Source of the DNA: an uncultured Gemmatimonadales bacterium
GTDB taxonomy: Bacteria; Gemmatimonadota; Gemmatimonadetes; Longimicrobiales; RSA9
Reading direction: 5' to 3'
Assembly: GCA_963783305.1 (NCBI GenBank)
Contig: CAWAMW010000016.1
Location: 32,001-96,000, forward strand
DNA length: 64,000 nucleotides
Shown: in pieces, positions 28,520-37,137 of the stretch
Layout: every line of letters starts with the position of its first letter
How positions within the stretch are numbered: the stretch's first letter is position 1
Made by a program: the position numbers and the translations under genes
The notes under the pieces: model-generated
The model's database searches: none
What the model saw: the letters and a program-made list of their open reading frames with translations, nothing else
Told to the model about the DNA's origin: nothing

Positions 28520-29245
28520 GTGATGACCGAGGGAGGTCGCGGCGCCCGGTCGGCGGCCGGGCCGTGGCCGGCGCGGACGCGCCTCACAGGGCGCGCTCTC
28601 CGCACTGCGCTGCGGGGGCTGCTGGCGGACGGTGAGCTGGCGGGTATCGGCGAGCTCGCGACCGGGGACCGGAGGGTGCTTCCGGGGCTGATCCCGCTGA
28701 CGTACGACTCGGATCCTGAGATCGCCCACCGCGCCGTGGAGGCCATGGGCGTCGTGGCGGACCGCACAGGGGACGGGGACCCGGAGACCGTGCGGGAGGC
28801 GCTGCGGCGCTTGAACTGGCTGATCACGGAGGAGTCGGGTGGCATCTGCTGGCGTGCGCCGGAAGCCATGGCGGAGATCGCGCGGCGGCGACCGGAGCGC
28901 TTCTCCGCGTACATCCGGATCGTGCTGAGCCTGCTCCGGGAAATGGCCGAGGAGGACCTGGCGCATTTCCGACCGGGCGTGCTGCGGGCGATCGGGCGGC
29001 TGGGTGGGCTGGGTGGCGAGGACCTGGAGGCGGCGATCCCGGCGGTCGTGGCGGCGTTGTCACATCCCGACCCGCAGACGCGGGGGATGGCGGTCTGGGC
29101 GCTGGTGGAAGTGGGGTGGGCAGGGGCGGTCCGGGATCGGGCGGAGCTTGCCGAGGATCAGGGTCCGGTCATGGTCTACGAGAACGGTGCGCTGCGCAGG
29201 ACGACCGTGGCGGAGCTCATCGCCGAAAGGGTGAAGACGCTTTAG
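28520..29245 (+). CDS. HEAT-repeat protein, DVU0298-like family
   Basis: RRLNWLITEESGGICWRAPEAMAEI motif; HEAT/PBS-like repeats. Confidence 0.7.
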   Translation: MMTEGGRGARSAAGPWPARTRLTGRALRTALRGLLADGELAGIGELATGDRRVLPGLIPLTYDSDPEIAHRAVEAMGVVADRTGDGDPETVREALRRLNWLITEESGGICWRAPEAMAEIARRRPERFSAYIRIVLSLLREMAEEDLAHFRPGVLRAIGRLGGLGGEDLEAAIPAVVAALSHPDPQTRGMAVWALVEVGWAGAVRDRAELAEDQGPVMVYENGALRRTTVAELIAERVKTL

Positions 29246-29246
29246 A

Positions 29247-30848
29247 TCACAGGCCGGGAACCGGGGCGCCGGTGACCGGTGCCCTGGTATCCCGGGGGAT
29301 CACGTCCTCGTCCTCGTCGTGTACGCGGGCGGGGACCTTGGCCACGGGGAGGGAGACGGTGAAGCGCGCCCCTTCGCCGGGCCGGCTCTCGGCCCGAAGG
29401 TCGCCTCCGTGCTGCTTGATGATGCCCAGCGAGACGCTCAGCCCCAGTCCCGTCCCCTTGCCGTGCTTCTTGGTGCTGAAGAACGGGTCGAAGATGCTGC
29501 CGAGCTGGTGGGGTGGGATGCCGGCCCCCGTGTCGGAGAAGGCGATCTCGACGAAGTTCCGGTCCGCCGACTTCTGGACGCTGATCGTGAGCACGCCGCC
29601 CGCGCCCATGGCGTCGAGGGCGTTCAGAACGAGGTTCAGGAACACCTGGGTCAGCTGCTGCCGGTCCCCGTGAACGGCGGGGAGGTTTTCTTCCACGTCC
29701 CCCTGGACCCGGACGCGAGCGAGCTTCACCTGGTTGCTGGCCAGCTGGAGCGTATCGGTGATGAGCTGCTCGACGTCCAGCGGCTGGAGATCGATATCGC
29801 TCTTGCGGGCGAAGTCCAGCAGGTTGCGCACAATGTCGCGGGCCCGCTCCGACTCGTGCACCATGTCCGCGACCATGTCGAGCCGCTCGGTGTCGTCGAG
29901 CTCGGCGTAATCCTCCTGCAGGCTTTCGGCGGTCAGCATGAGGTTGTTGACCGGGTTGTTCAGCTCGTGGGCGACTCCCGCCGTGAGAGTGCCGATGGCC
30001 TGCAGCTTGTGGGTCTGGACCAGCAGCTGCTGCCGCCGCACCAGCTCCCGCAGCATGTAATTGATGCCGGCGGCCAGCTCCGAGAACTCGTCGTGGTAGC
30101 GCCGCCGTGGGAATATGGGCGTCAGGTCCCCCTCGGCGATGCGCCGTGTGGAGAGCATGATGCGGTTCAGTGGCGCCAGGATCTGGCGAGCCACGAACGC
30201 CGCCAGGAGCACCATCAGCATGACGAGGGCGGCGAGGAACGCCAGGGCCATGCGCTGCGACGCCACCAGCATCCCCTGGACATCCCGACGCTCGCGGGTG
30301 GCGAGGTCCTCGGCCACGCTCACCATTTCCGCGCCGTGCACCCGCAGCTCCGACTCGATCGCGTCCGCTCGCGCCGCGTCCGCTCGCGCCGCGTCCTGGC
30401 CGCCCGAGGGCGTCTGGAGCTCCGAGAGCAGCTCCTCGTAACGGCGGACGTGACCCCGCATCGTGTGGACGGCGGCGAGGCCGATGACCGCCGCCATGTG
30501 CTCGCTCTCCTGCTCCAGGATGACCCGTGCGCCATGGACCACGGCGAGGGCATCGTTCAGATTGGTGCCATAGAGGAAGTAGTTCTTTTCGAATCTGCGC
30601 GCCTGCTGGATCTCGAACGTATAGCGGTCCACGGCCCCCAGGATGTGGAGCTTCTCCTGGACCCCCGTGACGAGGAGCACGGACGCCACCGTCACTGCGA
30701 GGCTCAGGACGAACCAGAGCACGAGTCCACCCGCGAGCCGTGCGCGGATCGACAACCGCGGGCGGGCCCGAAGAGCGCGTTGGGCCTCGGCGGCGGCCGC
30801 GTCCAGGGGTGCGCTGCCGCCGACCTCTGTAGAGCCCGGCGAGTTCAT
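29247..30848 (-). CDS. Membrane sensor histidine kinase (helical periplasmic domain, HAMP, HisKA, HATPase)
   Basis: Two TM helices; RRFEKNYFLY; AGVAHELNNP; QVFLNLVLNA; DTGAGI; PFFSTK; GTGLGL. Confidence 0.95.
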   Translation of the reverse strand: MNSPGSTEVGGSAPLDAAAAEAQRALRARPRLSIRARLAGGLVLWFVLSLAVTVASVLLVTGVQEKLHILGAVDRYTFEIQQARRFEKNYFLYGTNLNDALAVVHGARVILEQESEHMAAVIGLAAVHTMRGHVRRYEELLSELQTPSGGQDAARADAARADAIESELRVHGAEMVSVAEDLATRERRDVQGMLVASQRMALAFLAALVMLMVLLAAFVARQILAPLNRIMLSTRRIAEGDLTPIFPRRRYHDEFSELAAGINYMLRELVRRQQLLVQTHKLQAIGTLTAGVAHELNNPVNNLMLTAESLQEDYAELDDTERLDMVADMVHESERARDIVRNLLDFARKSDIDLQPLDVEQLITDTLQLASNQVKLARVRVQGDVEENLPAVHGDRQQLTQVFLNLVLNALDAMGAGGVLTISVQKSADRNFVEIAFSDTGAGIPPHQLGSIFDPFFSTKKHGKGTGLGLSVSLGIIKQHGGDLRAESRPGEGARFTVSLPVAKVPARVHDEDEDVIPRDTRAPVTGAPVPGL

Positions 30849-30855
30849 GTCGTCC

Positions 30856-31455
30856 TCAGCCGATGGCCTGGTGTCCCAGGGACAGGGCTGCCTTGTTGAT
30901 CACGGCTTTCAGGTCCCGGGGCTTGAACGGCTTGGAAATGAAGTCGAACGCCCCTTTCACCAGCGCCTCCCGCGCGACTTCCACCGTGGCGTAGCCGGTA
31001 ATGAGGATCACCCGTGTCCGCTCGCAATGGGCCATGACGTGCTCGAGGATCTGGATCCCGTCCAGCTCCTCCATCCGCAGGTCCGTCACGATGATGTCGA
31101 ACTCCTTCTCCGACAGCCGTGCCAGCGCCTCTGCGGGGCGCTCGAACACCTCCACGGCGAACCCGGACTTCTCCAGTGCCGGCTTCAACCGCTTGCCCAC
31201 GATGGGCTCATCGTCCAGGATCATCACGTTCAGGTCCCCGCCCACACGGCGGGGCGGTGCAATCGTCTCCATGTTCCCCTCCATTCGCTCGCCGGGGCCA
31301 AGCTCGCTTCGCACGATGCGAAGCCGGTCCAGCGCCAGCCTGGTCTTCCTTTCCACCTGCTCGCCCGTGACGCGGAACCCCTCCTGGTCCGCGTCGACCT
31401 CCGCAAACGAGATCCGGACCATCCAGTCGTCGATCTTCTTCTTCATGTCGGCCAT
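30856..31455 (-). CDS. Receiver-domain response regulator with ~70-aa N-terminal extension
   Basis: ATG at 31455 after GGGTGAG; ILDDEP, VTDLRM, ITGYAT, ISKPF; no output domain. Confidence 0.85.
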   Translation of the reverse strand: MADMKKKIDDWMVRISFAEVDADQEGFRVTGEQVERKTRLALDRLRIVRSELGPGERMEGNMETIAPPRRVGGDLNVMILDDEPIVGKRLKPALEKSGFAVEVFERPAEALARLSEKEFDIIVTDLRMEELDGIQILEHVMAHCERTRVILITGYATVEVAREALVKGAFDFISKPFKPRDLKAVINKAALSLGHQAIG

Positions 31456-31487
31456 CTCACCCCCTTCTCCCGAGGGACGCCGCCGGA

Positions 31488-32585
31488 TCAGGCGGCCGTG
31501 CGGACCTGTGCCAGTCGGTGCTGCAGGCGCAGCCGCTGCAGGTACGAGCGGATTACATGGAACAGGATCAGCCCGCAGCCGGAGATTCCGGCCACGAACA
31601 GCATCACCTTGCTCGCCAGATTGAAGTAGGCGTCCCACGCCGGATCGAACGCGATCCATCCCAGCTGCCGCATGTACGCGGGCGCCGCGATGGCGCGACT
31701 CACAACGCACAGCAGGATCACCACCGCGGTCACCATCCGGATCAGCCGCTCCTTCACCACCTTCGTCCCGTACACCCCGATGTAGATCCCCACCAGCGAG
31801 CCGAGATAGAGCAGCATGGTGAGTCGGATGTCCACCATTCCCTGGAACGCGTAGTTCAGCGCCCCCCACGCGCCCATGAACATAGCCAGGTAGAGCTCCG
31901 TCCCCGCCGCCACGGCCGTGGGCACCCCGAAGACGTAGATCATCGCGGGCACGCCGATGAACCCCCCCACCCCGATGGTCCCCGCCAGGTACCCGGTGGC
32001 CAGACCGACAACCCCGAGAATCCAGAGCGATACCCGCACGTCCGCCGTCTTGAAGTAGAAGTAGGGAGGGAGGTGAAGGCCGGCGAGGAAGTTGGCGATC
32101 CGACGCGACGGCCCCGCGTCGTCGTCCCCGCTCGCGGAGCGCAGCGTGTCCCGCAGCATCGAGAGCGCCACCAGCGAGAGGATGAACACGAACACCGCAC
32201 TGATGTACAGGTCCGCGGCGGCCGAGCCGCCCGAGCCGTGACCATCCCCGCCGCTCGCGAACAGTGCGCTGTTGATCCACACCGCCACCCGGATCCCGAT
32301 GAACGAGGTCAGGATCAGGAAGGCGCCCAGGCGCTTGTCCACGTTGCCCAGCTCGCCGTGCTTCCGCGAGCCCATCATCGCCTTGCCGAACTTGTGGGCG
32401 ATGTTGCTCCCCACCGCCACCACACCCGGCACCCCGAGGTTCATCATCCCAGGGGTCATGAAGAAGGCGCCGCCGCTCCCTATGAAGCCGGACAGAATGC
32501 CGCCGATGAGCCCCAGGACCATGACCTGAATGGCGCTGGACAGGTCCAGGGTAACGAAGTTCGAAACCAGGAATGAGCTTTCCAT
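31488..32585 (-). CDS. TSUP (TauE/SafE) family sulfur-compound transporter
   Basis: SGFIGSGGAFFMTP and GTIGVGGFIGVP repeats, AAGTEL, multiple TMs. Confidence 0.9.
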   Translation of the reverse strand: MESSFLVSNFVTLDLSSAIQVMVLGLIGGILSGFIGSGGAFFMTPGMMNLGVPGVVAVGSNIAHKFGKAMMGSRKHGELGNVDKRLGAFLILTSFIGIRVAVWINSALFASGGDGHGSGGSAAADLYISAVFVFILSLVALSMLRDTLRSASGDDDAGPSRRIANFLAGLHLPPYFYFKTADVRVSLWILGVVGLATGYLAGTIGVGGFIGVPAMIYVFGVPTAVAAGTELYLAMFMGAWGALNYAFQGMVDIRLTMLLYLGSLVGIYIGVYGTKVVKERLIRMVTAVVILLCVVSRAIAAPAYMRQLGWIAFDPAWDAYFNLASKVMLFVAGISGCGLILFHVIRSYLQRLRLQHRLAQVRTAA

Positions 32586-32588
32586 GAT

Positions 32589-34094
32589 CTACTCCATCTT
32601 GATCAGCTTCATGACCGACCGGGTCACGGTCCCGTAGGACCAGGCGATGACCGGGATGAAGGCGAAGACGGTGAGGGCGACGAGGAGGCGGCTGATGGCT
32701 CCGCCCCTGGCGGCGAGGAACTCGAGTACGGGGACCTGATTGAAGAAGACGGCGAGGTAGAGGATCACGACAACGACCAGGTATCCCACGAGTCGCACGG
32801 TGTCGCGCCGGCCGAAGAGGAACTCGGCGCGGAGCTCGTCGACGGTGACGACGGGGACGCGCATCCGGCTGGAGATGGACTCCTGGACCTCGCGGCGCAG
32901 CCGCATGCGGGCGGCGGGGTTCTTGTCCAGGAACATGTCGCCCATCACCACGAGGGAATGGGGTACGCCGCTGCAGCAGGTGGAGACCAGGCTCCTGCGC
33001 TGGCCGGTGACCAGGCGGGCGCCTCCGGACTTGCCCAGGCGGGCCAGCTCGGTGAGCGTGGCATCCAGCCCCGGGTCGACCGCGGCGTCCTCCACGTCCT
33101 CCTCGATGCCGCCCGGAGCCGCGAGTATCGAAGGCGCGGCCACAGCGCCGGCCAGCGCGGGCTCCGGTGTGGGCGACGCGACGCCGGAGGCTACGAACCG
33201 GACGAGCTCGACGGCGGCGTTCCATTTCTGGGCGATCTCCACCACGCTGCGGAAGGCTTCGCCGCCCGGATCGAAGCTCTCCTGGATCCAGAGGATGGTG
33301 GTGGAGGCCATGGTGACCGCGATGTTTCTGGCGTCGGGGAGGGTCGCCAGCACGGGCTCGATGTGCGGCGCGACTTCCGCGTCGTGGGGCAGGTAGGTGA
33401 CCGTGAGAGCGCGGTTGTGGGCCGTGGCGGTGAAGCTGAAGCGCCGGGTCCGTGGGTCCTCCGCCAGCAGCAGGCGCGCGCGCGCCGACAGCCGCAGGTC
33501 CTCGAGGGTGCGGCGGGAGGCCGGCGTCATCTGGAACTCGGGGAGCTGGCACATGCCGAGGAGCGACGCCGCCGCGTTGCGGACGTTCATCCGCTCCACA
33601 TTCACCACCACATCGTATTCCGCGGCCTCCTCACCGGACACGCCGTACATGCCGCGGGCCCAGTTCCGCCGGTCTTCCTCGACGGCCTCGAGGTAGCGGC
33701 GGGCCTTTTCGTGGTCGAGGCCGAGGTCGCGCATGGTGGCGGAGATGCGCCCCTCCTCGTCGGCCACCAGCCGCACGCGGAGCACGTGATTGACGCCGCG
33801 TAGCAGGAGGTGCCCGGTCCGGCCGTGATAGACGATCGGACCCTCGAGGGCCCTGTCGCAGAGGTAGGCGGTGCAGAACGCCAGGTAGTGGTCGCGCTCC
33901 CGGGCCAGCCGCTCGGTGAACATCTGCGGCTTCACGATGCTCGTCTCGAGCTTGCTCACCTGGACGCCGGCGAGGATCGCCTCCTCGATCAGCTTCTCAC
34001 GGCTGATCACCGCATAGCCGAGCTTCTCGGCCAGGGTCTCGGCCAGCTCCTTGCCCCGGGACAGCGAGCCTCTGGAAACACAGATAATCTGCAT
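32589..34094 (-). CDS. Cytidylate-kinase-like protein with extra C-terminal domains and two terminal TM helices
   Basis: MQIICVSRGSLSRGKELAETLAEKLGY, IVYHGR, VRLVAD, YDVVVN; hydrophobic C-terminus. Start trimmed from the 34604 call. Confidence 0.8.
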   Translation of the reverse strand: MQIICVSRGSLSRGKELAETLAEKLGYAVISREKLIEEAILAGVQVSKLETSIVKPQMFTERLARERDHYLAFCTAYLCDRALEGPIVYHGRTGHLLLRGVNHVLRVRLVADEEGRISATMRDLGLDHEKARRYLEAVEEDRRNWARGMYGVSGEEAAEYDVVVNVERMNVRNAAASLLGMCQLPEFQMTPASRRTLEDLRLSARARLLLAEDPRTRRFSFTATAHNRALTVTYLPHDAEVAPHIEPVLATLPDARNIAVTMASTTILWIQESFDPGGEAFRSVVEIAQKWNAAVELVRFVASGVASPTPEPALAGAVAAPSILAAPGGIEEDVEDAAVDPGLDATLTELARLGKSGGARLVTGQRRSLVSTCCSGVPHSLVVMGDMFLDKNPAARMRLRREVQESISSRMRVPVVTVDELRAEFLFGRRDTVRLVGYLVVVVILYLAVFFNQVPVLEFLAARGGAISRLLVALTVFAFIPVIAWSYGTVTRSVMKLIKME

Positions 34095-34138
34095 GGTACC
34101 ACTCCTCCCCGGTTCCCGGGGACTCGGAGTTGAAGAGC

Positions 34139-35740
34139 TCACGGGGGACCGCCGAGCACTGGCATGCCCATGGCCGGCCAGACGAAGCACACGAAGAGCG
34201 CCAGGACGGCCATCAGGAGGAGGCTGGCGGGGACACCGGCGATGAAGAACTCCTTCGTCGTGAACTGGTTGCTGGTGTAGGCGATGGCGTTGGGCGCAGC
34301 GCCGATCAGGAGGAGGAAGGGCATCCCGGCGGTGACGAGACACGCGAAGAGGACAACCTCCGGGGCTACGCCCAGGTAGGGTGCCATGACGAGGGCCACC
34401 GGCATGGTGATGGCGATGGCAGCGACGTTCATGATGAAGTTGGTCATGACCAGCACGAACGCCGCGATGCCGAGGACGAAGACGACCCAGTGGGCGTTCA
34501 CGAAGAGGGACAGCCAGTGGATGGCCAGCCAGGAGGCGGCACCGGTCTCCCACAGGCAGAAGCCGAGGCTCATGGCCCCGCCGAAGAGCAGGATGATGTT
34601 CCACGACGTCTTCTCGAGATCCTCGAGGGAGACGATCCGGAGCACGAAGAAGAGGACGGTGGCGGTGAGGATGATGGCGCTCTTGTCCACCTCGGCCATG
34701 GCCGGCACGAAGTTGCGCACGCTGAGGAGCGTGATGGCCATGAGCACGAGAACGAGAGCCAGCACCTCCTCGCGGGTGATGGGGCCGAGGTTCTCGTGGA
34801 GACGCCGGACCCGGTCGCGGAGCCCCGGGATCGTCTTCCGCTCGGGTGGATACCAGAGCATCATGTACCCCCAGATCAGGAGGGTCATCAGGATGCCCAC
34901 CGGGAACATGAAGAAGGACAGCTCGAAGAAGCCGATGGACCCGCCGGTGATCTGGTTGTAGAAGCCGAGGGCCACGGCACCGCGGGCGGCGCCCAGGAGG
35001 GTGATAATGCTCCCGGCCCCCGCCACGAAGGCCATCCCCATGAACAGCCCTTTCCCGAAGCGGGTGGGCTCGGTGTCATCGGAGTAGAGGGCGTAGACGG
35101 CGAGCAGCAGCGGGAACACGGTGGCCGCCACGGCGGTGTGGGCCATGATGAGGGTGAGGGCGGCGGTGAGGGCGAAGCAGCCGAGATAGATCATGCTGGT
35201 CCGCTCGCCCACGATGCTGAGCATGCGGTAGGCGAGGCGTCGGGTCAGGCCGGTCTTGGTGAAGACCATGCCGAACATGAGGGACCCGAAGATGAACCAG
35301 ACGGACGGGTCCATGAAGTCGGTGAACGCGGTGCGGGCCGGTCGGATGAGGAAGAGCGCCTGCAGGACGCCCACCGCGATGCTGGTCACGCCGATGGGGA
35401 CCACCTCGCTGATCCACCAGGTGGCGGCGAAGAGGAAGAGTCCGAGGGCCGCCTTCCCCTGCGGCGTGAGGGGGAAGGCCTCTCCCCGCGGATCCATGGC
35501 GGGGCCCGGGGTGGGAGCGAAGTAGAGGAGCGCGAACAGCGCCACGCCCAGTATGACGAATACGACCCGTCGCCGCTGCGCGGCCGGGGTGAGCTGGGGC
35601 GCGGAGGGCGGCGGTCCATCGCCGTCCCCGGCCACGCGTTTGGCGATGCGGACGGACCCCGGCCGCTCGGCAACCGTCGCGTGGCCGACACCCTTCTCCT
35701 CCATCCCCCCCTTCGCGGGGGCCACCACCGGACTGGACAT
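34139..35740 (-). CDS. SLC13/DASS family anion permease (candidate sulfate uptake)
   Basis: WWISEVVPIGVT, MAHTAVAA, WNIILLFGGAMSLG, GAAPNAIAY. Confidence 0.9.
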   Translation of the reverse strand: MSSPVVAPAKGGMEEKGVGHATVAERPGSVRIAKRVAGDGDGPPPSAPQLTPAAQRRRVVFVILGVALFALLYFAPTPGPAMDPRGEAFPLTPQGKAALGLFLFAATWWISEVVPIGVTSIAVGVLQALFLIRPARTAFTDFMDPSVWFIFGSLMFGMVFTKTGLTRRLAYRMLSIVGERTSMIYLGCFALTAALTLIMAHTAVAATVFPLLLAVYALYSDDTEPTRFGKGLFMGMAFVAGAGSIITLLGAARGAVALGFYNQITGGSIGFFELSFFMFPVGILMTLLIWGYMMLWYPPERKTIPGLRDRVRRLHENLGPITREEVLALVLVLMAITLLSVRNFVPAMAEVDKSAIILTATVLFFVLRIVSLEDLEKTSWNIILLFGGAMSLGFCLWETGAASWLAIHWLSLFVNAHWVVFVLGIAAFVLVMTNFIMNVAAIAITMPVALVMAPYLGVAPEVVLFACLVTAGMPFLLLIGAAPNAIAYTSNQFTTKEFFIAGVPASLLLMAVLALFVCFVWPAMGMPVLGGPP

Positions 35741-35769
35741 CTATCTCTCCGTGCGGGGCTCTACGGCCC

Positions 35770-36297
35770 TCACTCGAGCAGCATTGCCAGCTCATTGAAC
35801 ACGTCCACGGACCGCACCACCCCCACGAGGTCACCGCCATCCACGACGGGGATCAGGCTGAGGTCGAGGGAGACCATGGTGGAGAGCGCCTTCATGATGT
35901 GGTCATCCGCGGACAGGACGGCCTCGATGGGGCGCATGACATCGCTGACCGGGCGGGCACCCTGTTTCCGGATCCCGCTCACCATCCGGTCGAAGGGGAG
36001 CTCGGCCAGGTTGGGGTCGATGGCGATGTCGAAAGGCTTGTTGCGGTATTCCAGCGGGCGACTGAGGAGGAAGCGCGGCTCGAGCCCCCTCAGGATGTCG
36101 CGGCGGCGGACGTAGCCGACCAGGACCTCGATCCCGTCGAAGACGAGGACGCAGCGGGGCAGGGACTTGCGGAGCGCGACCTCGAGCTGTGCCGAGGTGA
36201 AGACCGCCATGGCGTCGCGGAGCGAGGCCGTGTCCCTCACCGATGGGTACCGATCGATGGGGATCAGGATATCCTTGAGGTGTGTCATCGAGTCCAC
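35770..36297 (-). CDS. CBS-domain protein (alternative ATG at 36288)
   Basis: LKDILIPIDRYP, VSDVMRP, IPVVDGGDLVGVVRSVDVF. Confidence 0.88.
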   Translation of the reverse strand: MDSMTHLKDILIPIDRYPSVRDTASLRDAMAVFTSAQLEVALRKSLPRCVLVFDGIEVLVGYVRRRDILRGLEPRFLLSRPLEYRNKPFDIAIDPNLAELPFDRMVSGIRKQGARPVSDVMRPIEAVLSADDHIMKALSTMVSLDLSLIPVVDGGDLVGVVRSVDVFNELAMLLE

Positions 36298-36301
36298 GCT
36301 C

Positions 36302-36739
36302 CTACCACCCCCTCTTGCGCGTGATGTCGTTGATGCGCCGCTGGATCCTCTGGTCGTCGAGCGTGGCGCGACGGTGGGCCGCGTCCTCGATGAGGTCCAC
36401 CAGCTCGGCGAGCTCGGCCGGCTTCTCCACCAGGTCGAGTGCTCCGGCCTTCATGGCCTCCACCGCCTGCGCGACGGTGGCGCGGCCGGTGAGGATGATC
36501 ACCTGGAGGTCGGGGTAAAGGGCGCGGAGGCCGCGCATCGTCTGGAGCCCGTCGAGCCCGGGCATGGCCATGTCGAGGAGCACCGCGTCATAGCCGCGGT
36601 CGCGGCCGCGGGCGCTCGCGAGGGCGTCGGCGCCGCTCGTGGCCACGTCGACCTCGAGGCCGCGCGCCGCGAGTCGTGCGCCCAGCACCGCCACGAAGTC
36701 TTCCTCATCGTCGATCAGCAGAACCCGTATATCGCTCAT
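36302..36739 (-). CDS. Stand-alone receiver response regulator
   Basis: VLLIDDEEDF, LLDMAMPGLDG, ILTG, EKP. Confidence 0.92.
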   Translation of the reverse strand: MSDIRVLLIDDEEDFVAVLGARLAARGLEVDVATSGADALASARGRDRGYDAVLLDMAMPGLDGLQTMRGLRALYPDLQVIILTGRATVAQAVEAMKAGALDLVEKPAELAELVDLIEDAAHRRATLDDQRIQRRINDITRKRGW

Positions 36740-37137
36740 GATTCGACCCTCCGATCCGCGGCGTCCTTCAGGACCTGCTCCAGCACCTCGATGGCGACCG
36801 GCTTGGACAGGAGCGTGCGGGCACCAACGGCGTGCGCCGCCTCGTCGTCCTCGGGTGCGGTTCGCCCGGTGAGCAGGACGACCTCCGTCTCCGGATGGTC
36901 GGCGCGGATCCGGGCGGTCAGCTCGAGACCGCCGATCCCGGGCATCCGGATATCCACCAGCACCACGTCCCACGACTCCCGCGCCATGCGGTCCAGCGCC
37001 GCCACGCCGTGCGTGACGCCCGCGGCGATGAAGCCCCGGAGCTGGAGGCGCTCGGTGAGCGCGCTCACCAGCTCCTCCTCGTCATCCACGATCAGCACGC
37101 GCACGGTTTCCATAGGGTGCTCCGGCTCAGAGTTCAT
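36736..37137 (-). CDS. Stand-alone receiver response regulator
   Basis: VLIVDDEEEL, LVDIRMPGIGG, LLTG, SKP. Confidence 0.92.
   Translation of the reverse strand: MNSEPEHPMETVRVLIVDDEEELVSALTERLQLRGFIAAGVTHGVAALDRMARESWDVVLVDIRMPGIGGLELTARIRADHPETEVVLLTGRTAPEDDEAAHAVGARTLLSKPVAIEVLEQVLKDAADRRVES

Noticed and set aside
30358..30394. Short in-frame duplication (ARADA x2), and low-complexity linkers at ~3900, ~25260 and ~54330
   Set aside because: Ordinary linker slippage with no sign of a separate function.
30856..33552. 898-aa ORF, and similar long calls (54309..57074, 56033..57817, 39831..41327, 32589..34604)
   Set aside because: The N-terminal parts are Arg/Pro/Gly-rich off-frame read-through over real genes in GC-rich DNA. 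Only the C-terminal parts are genuine.
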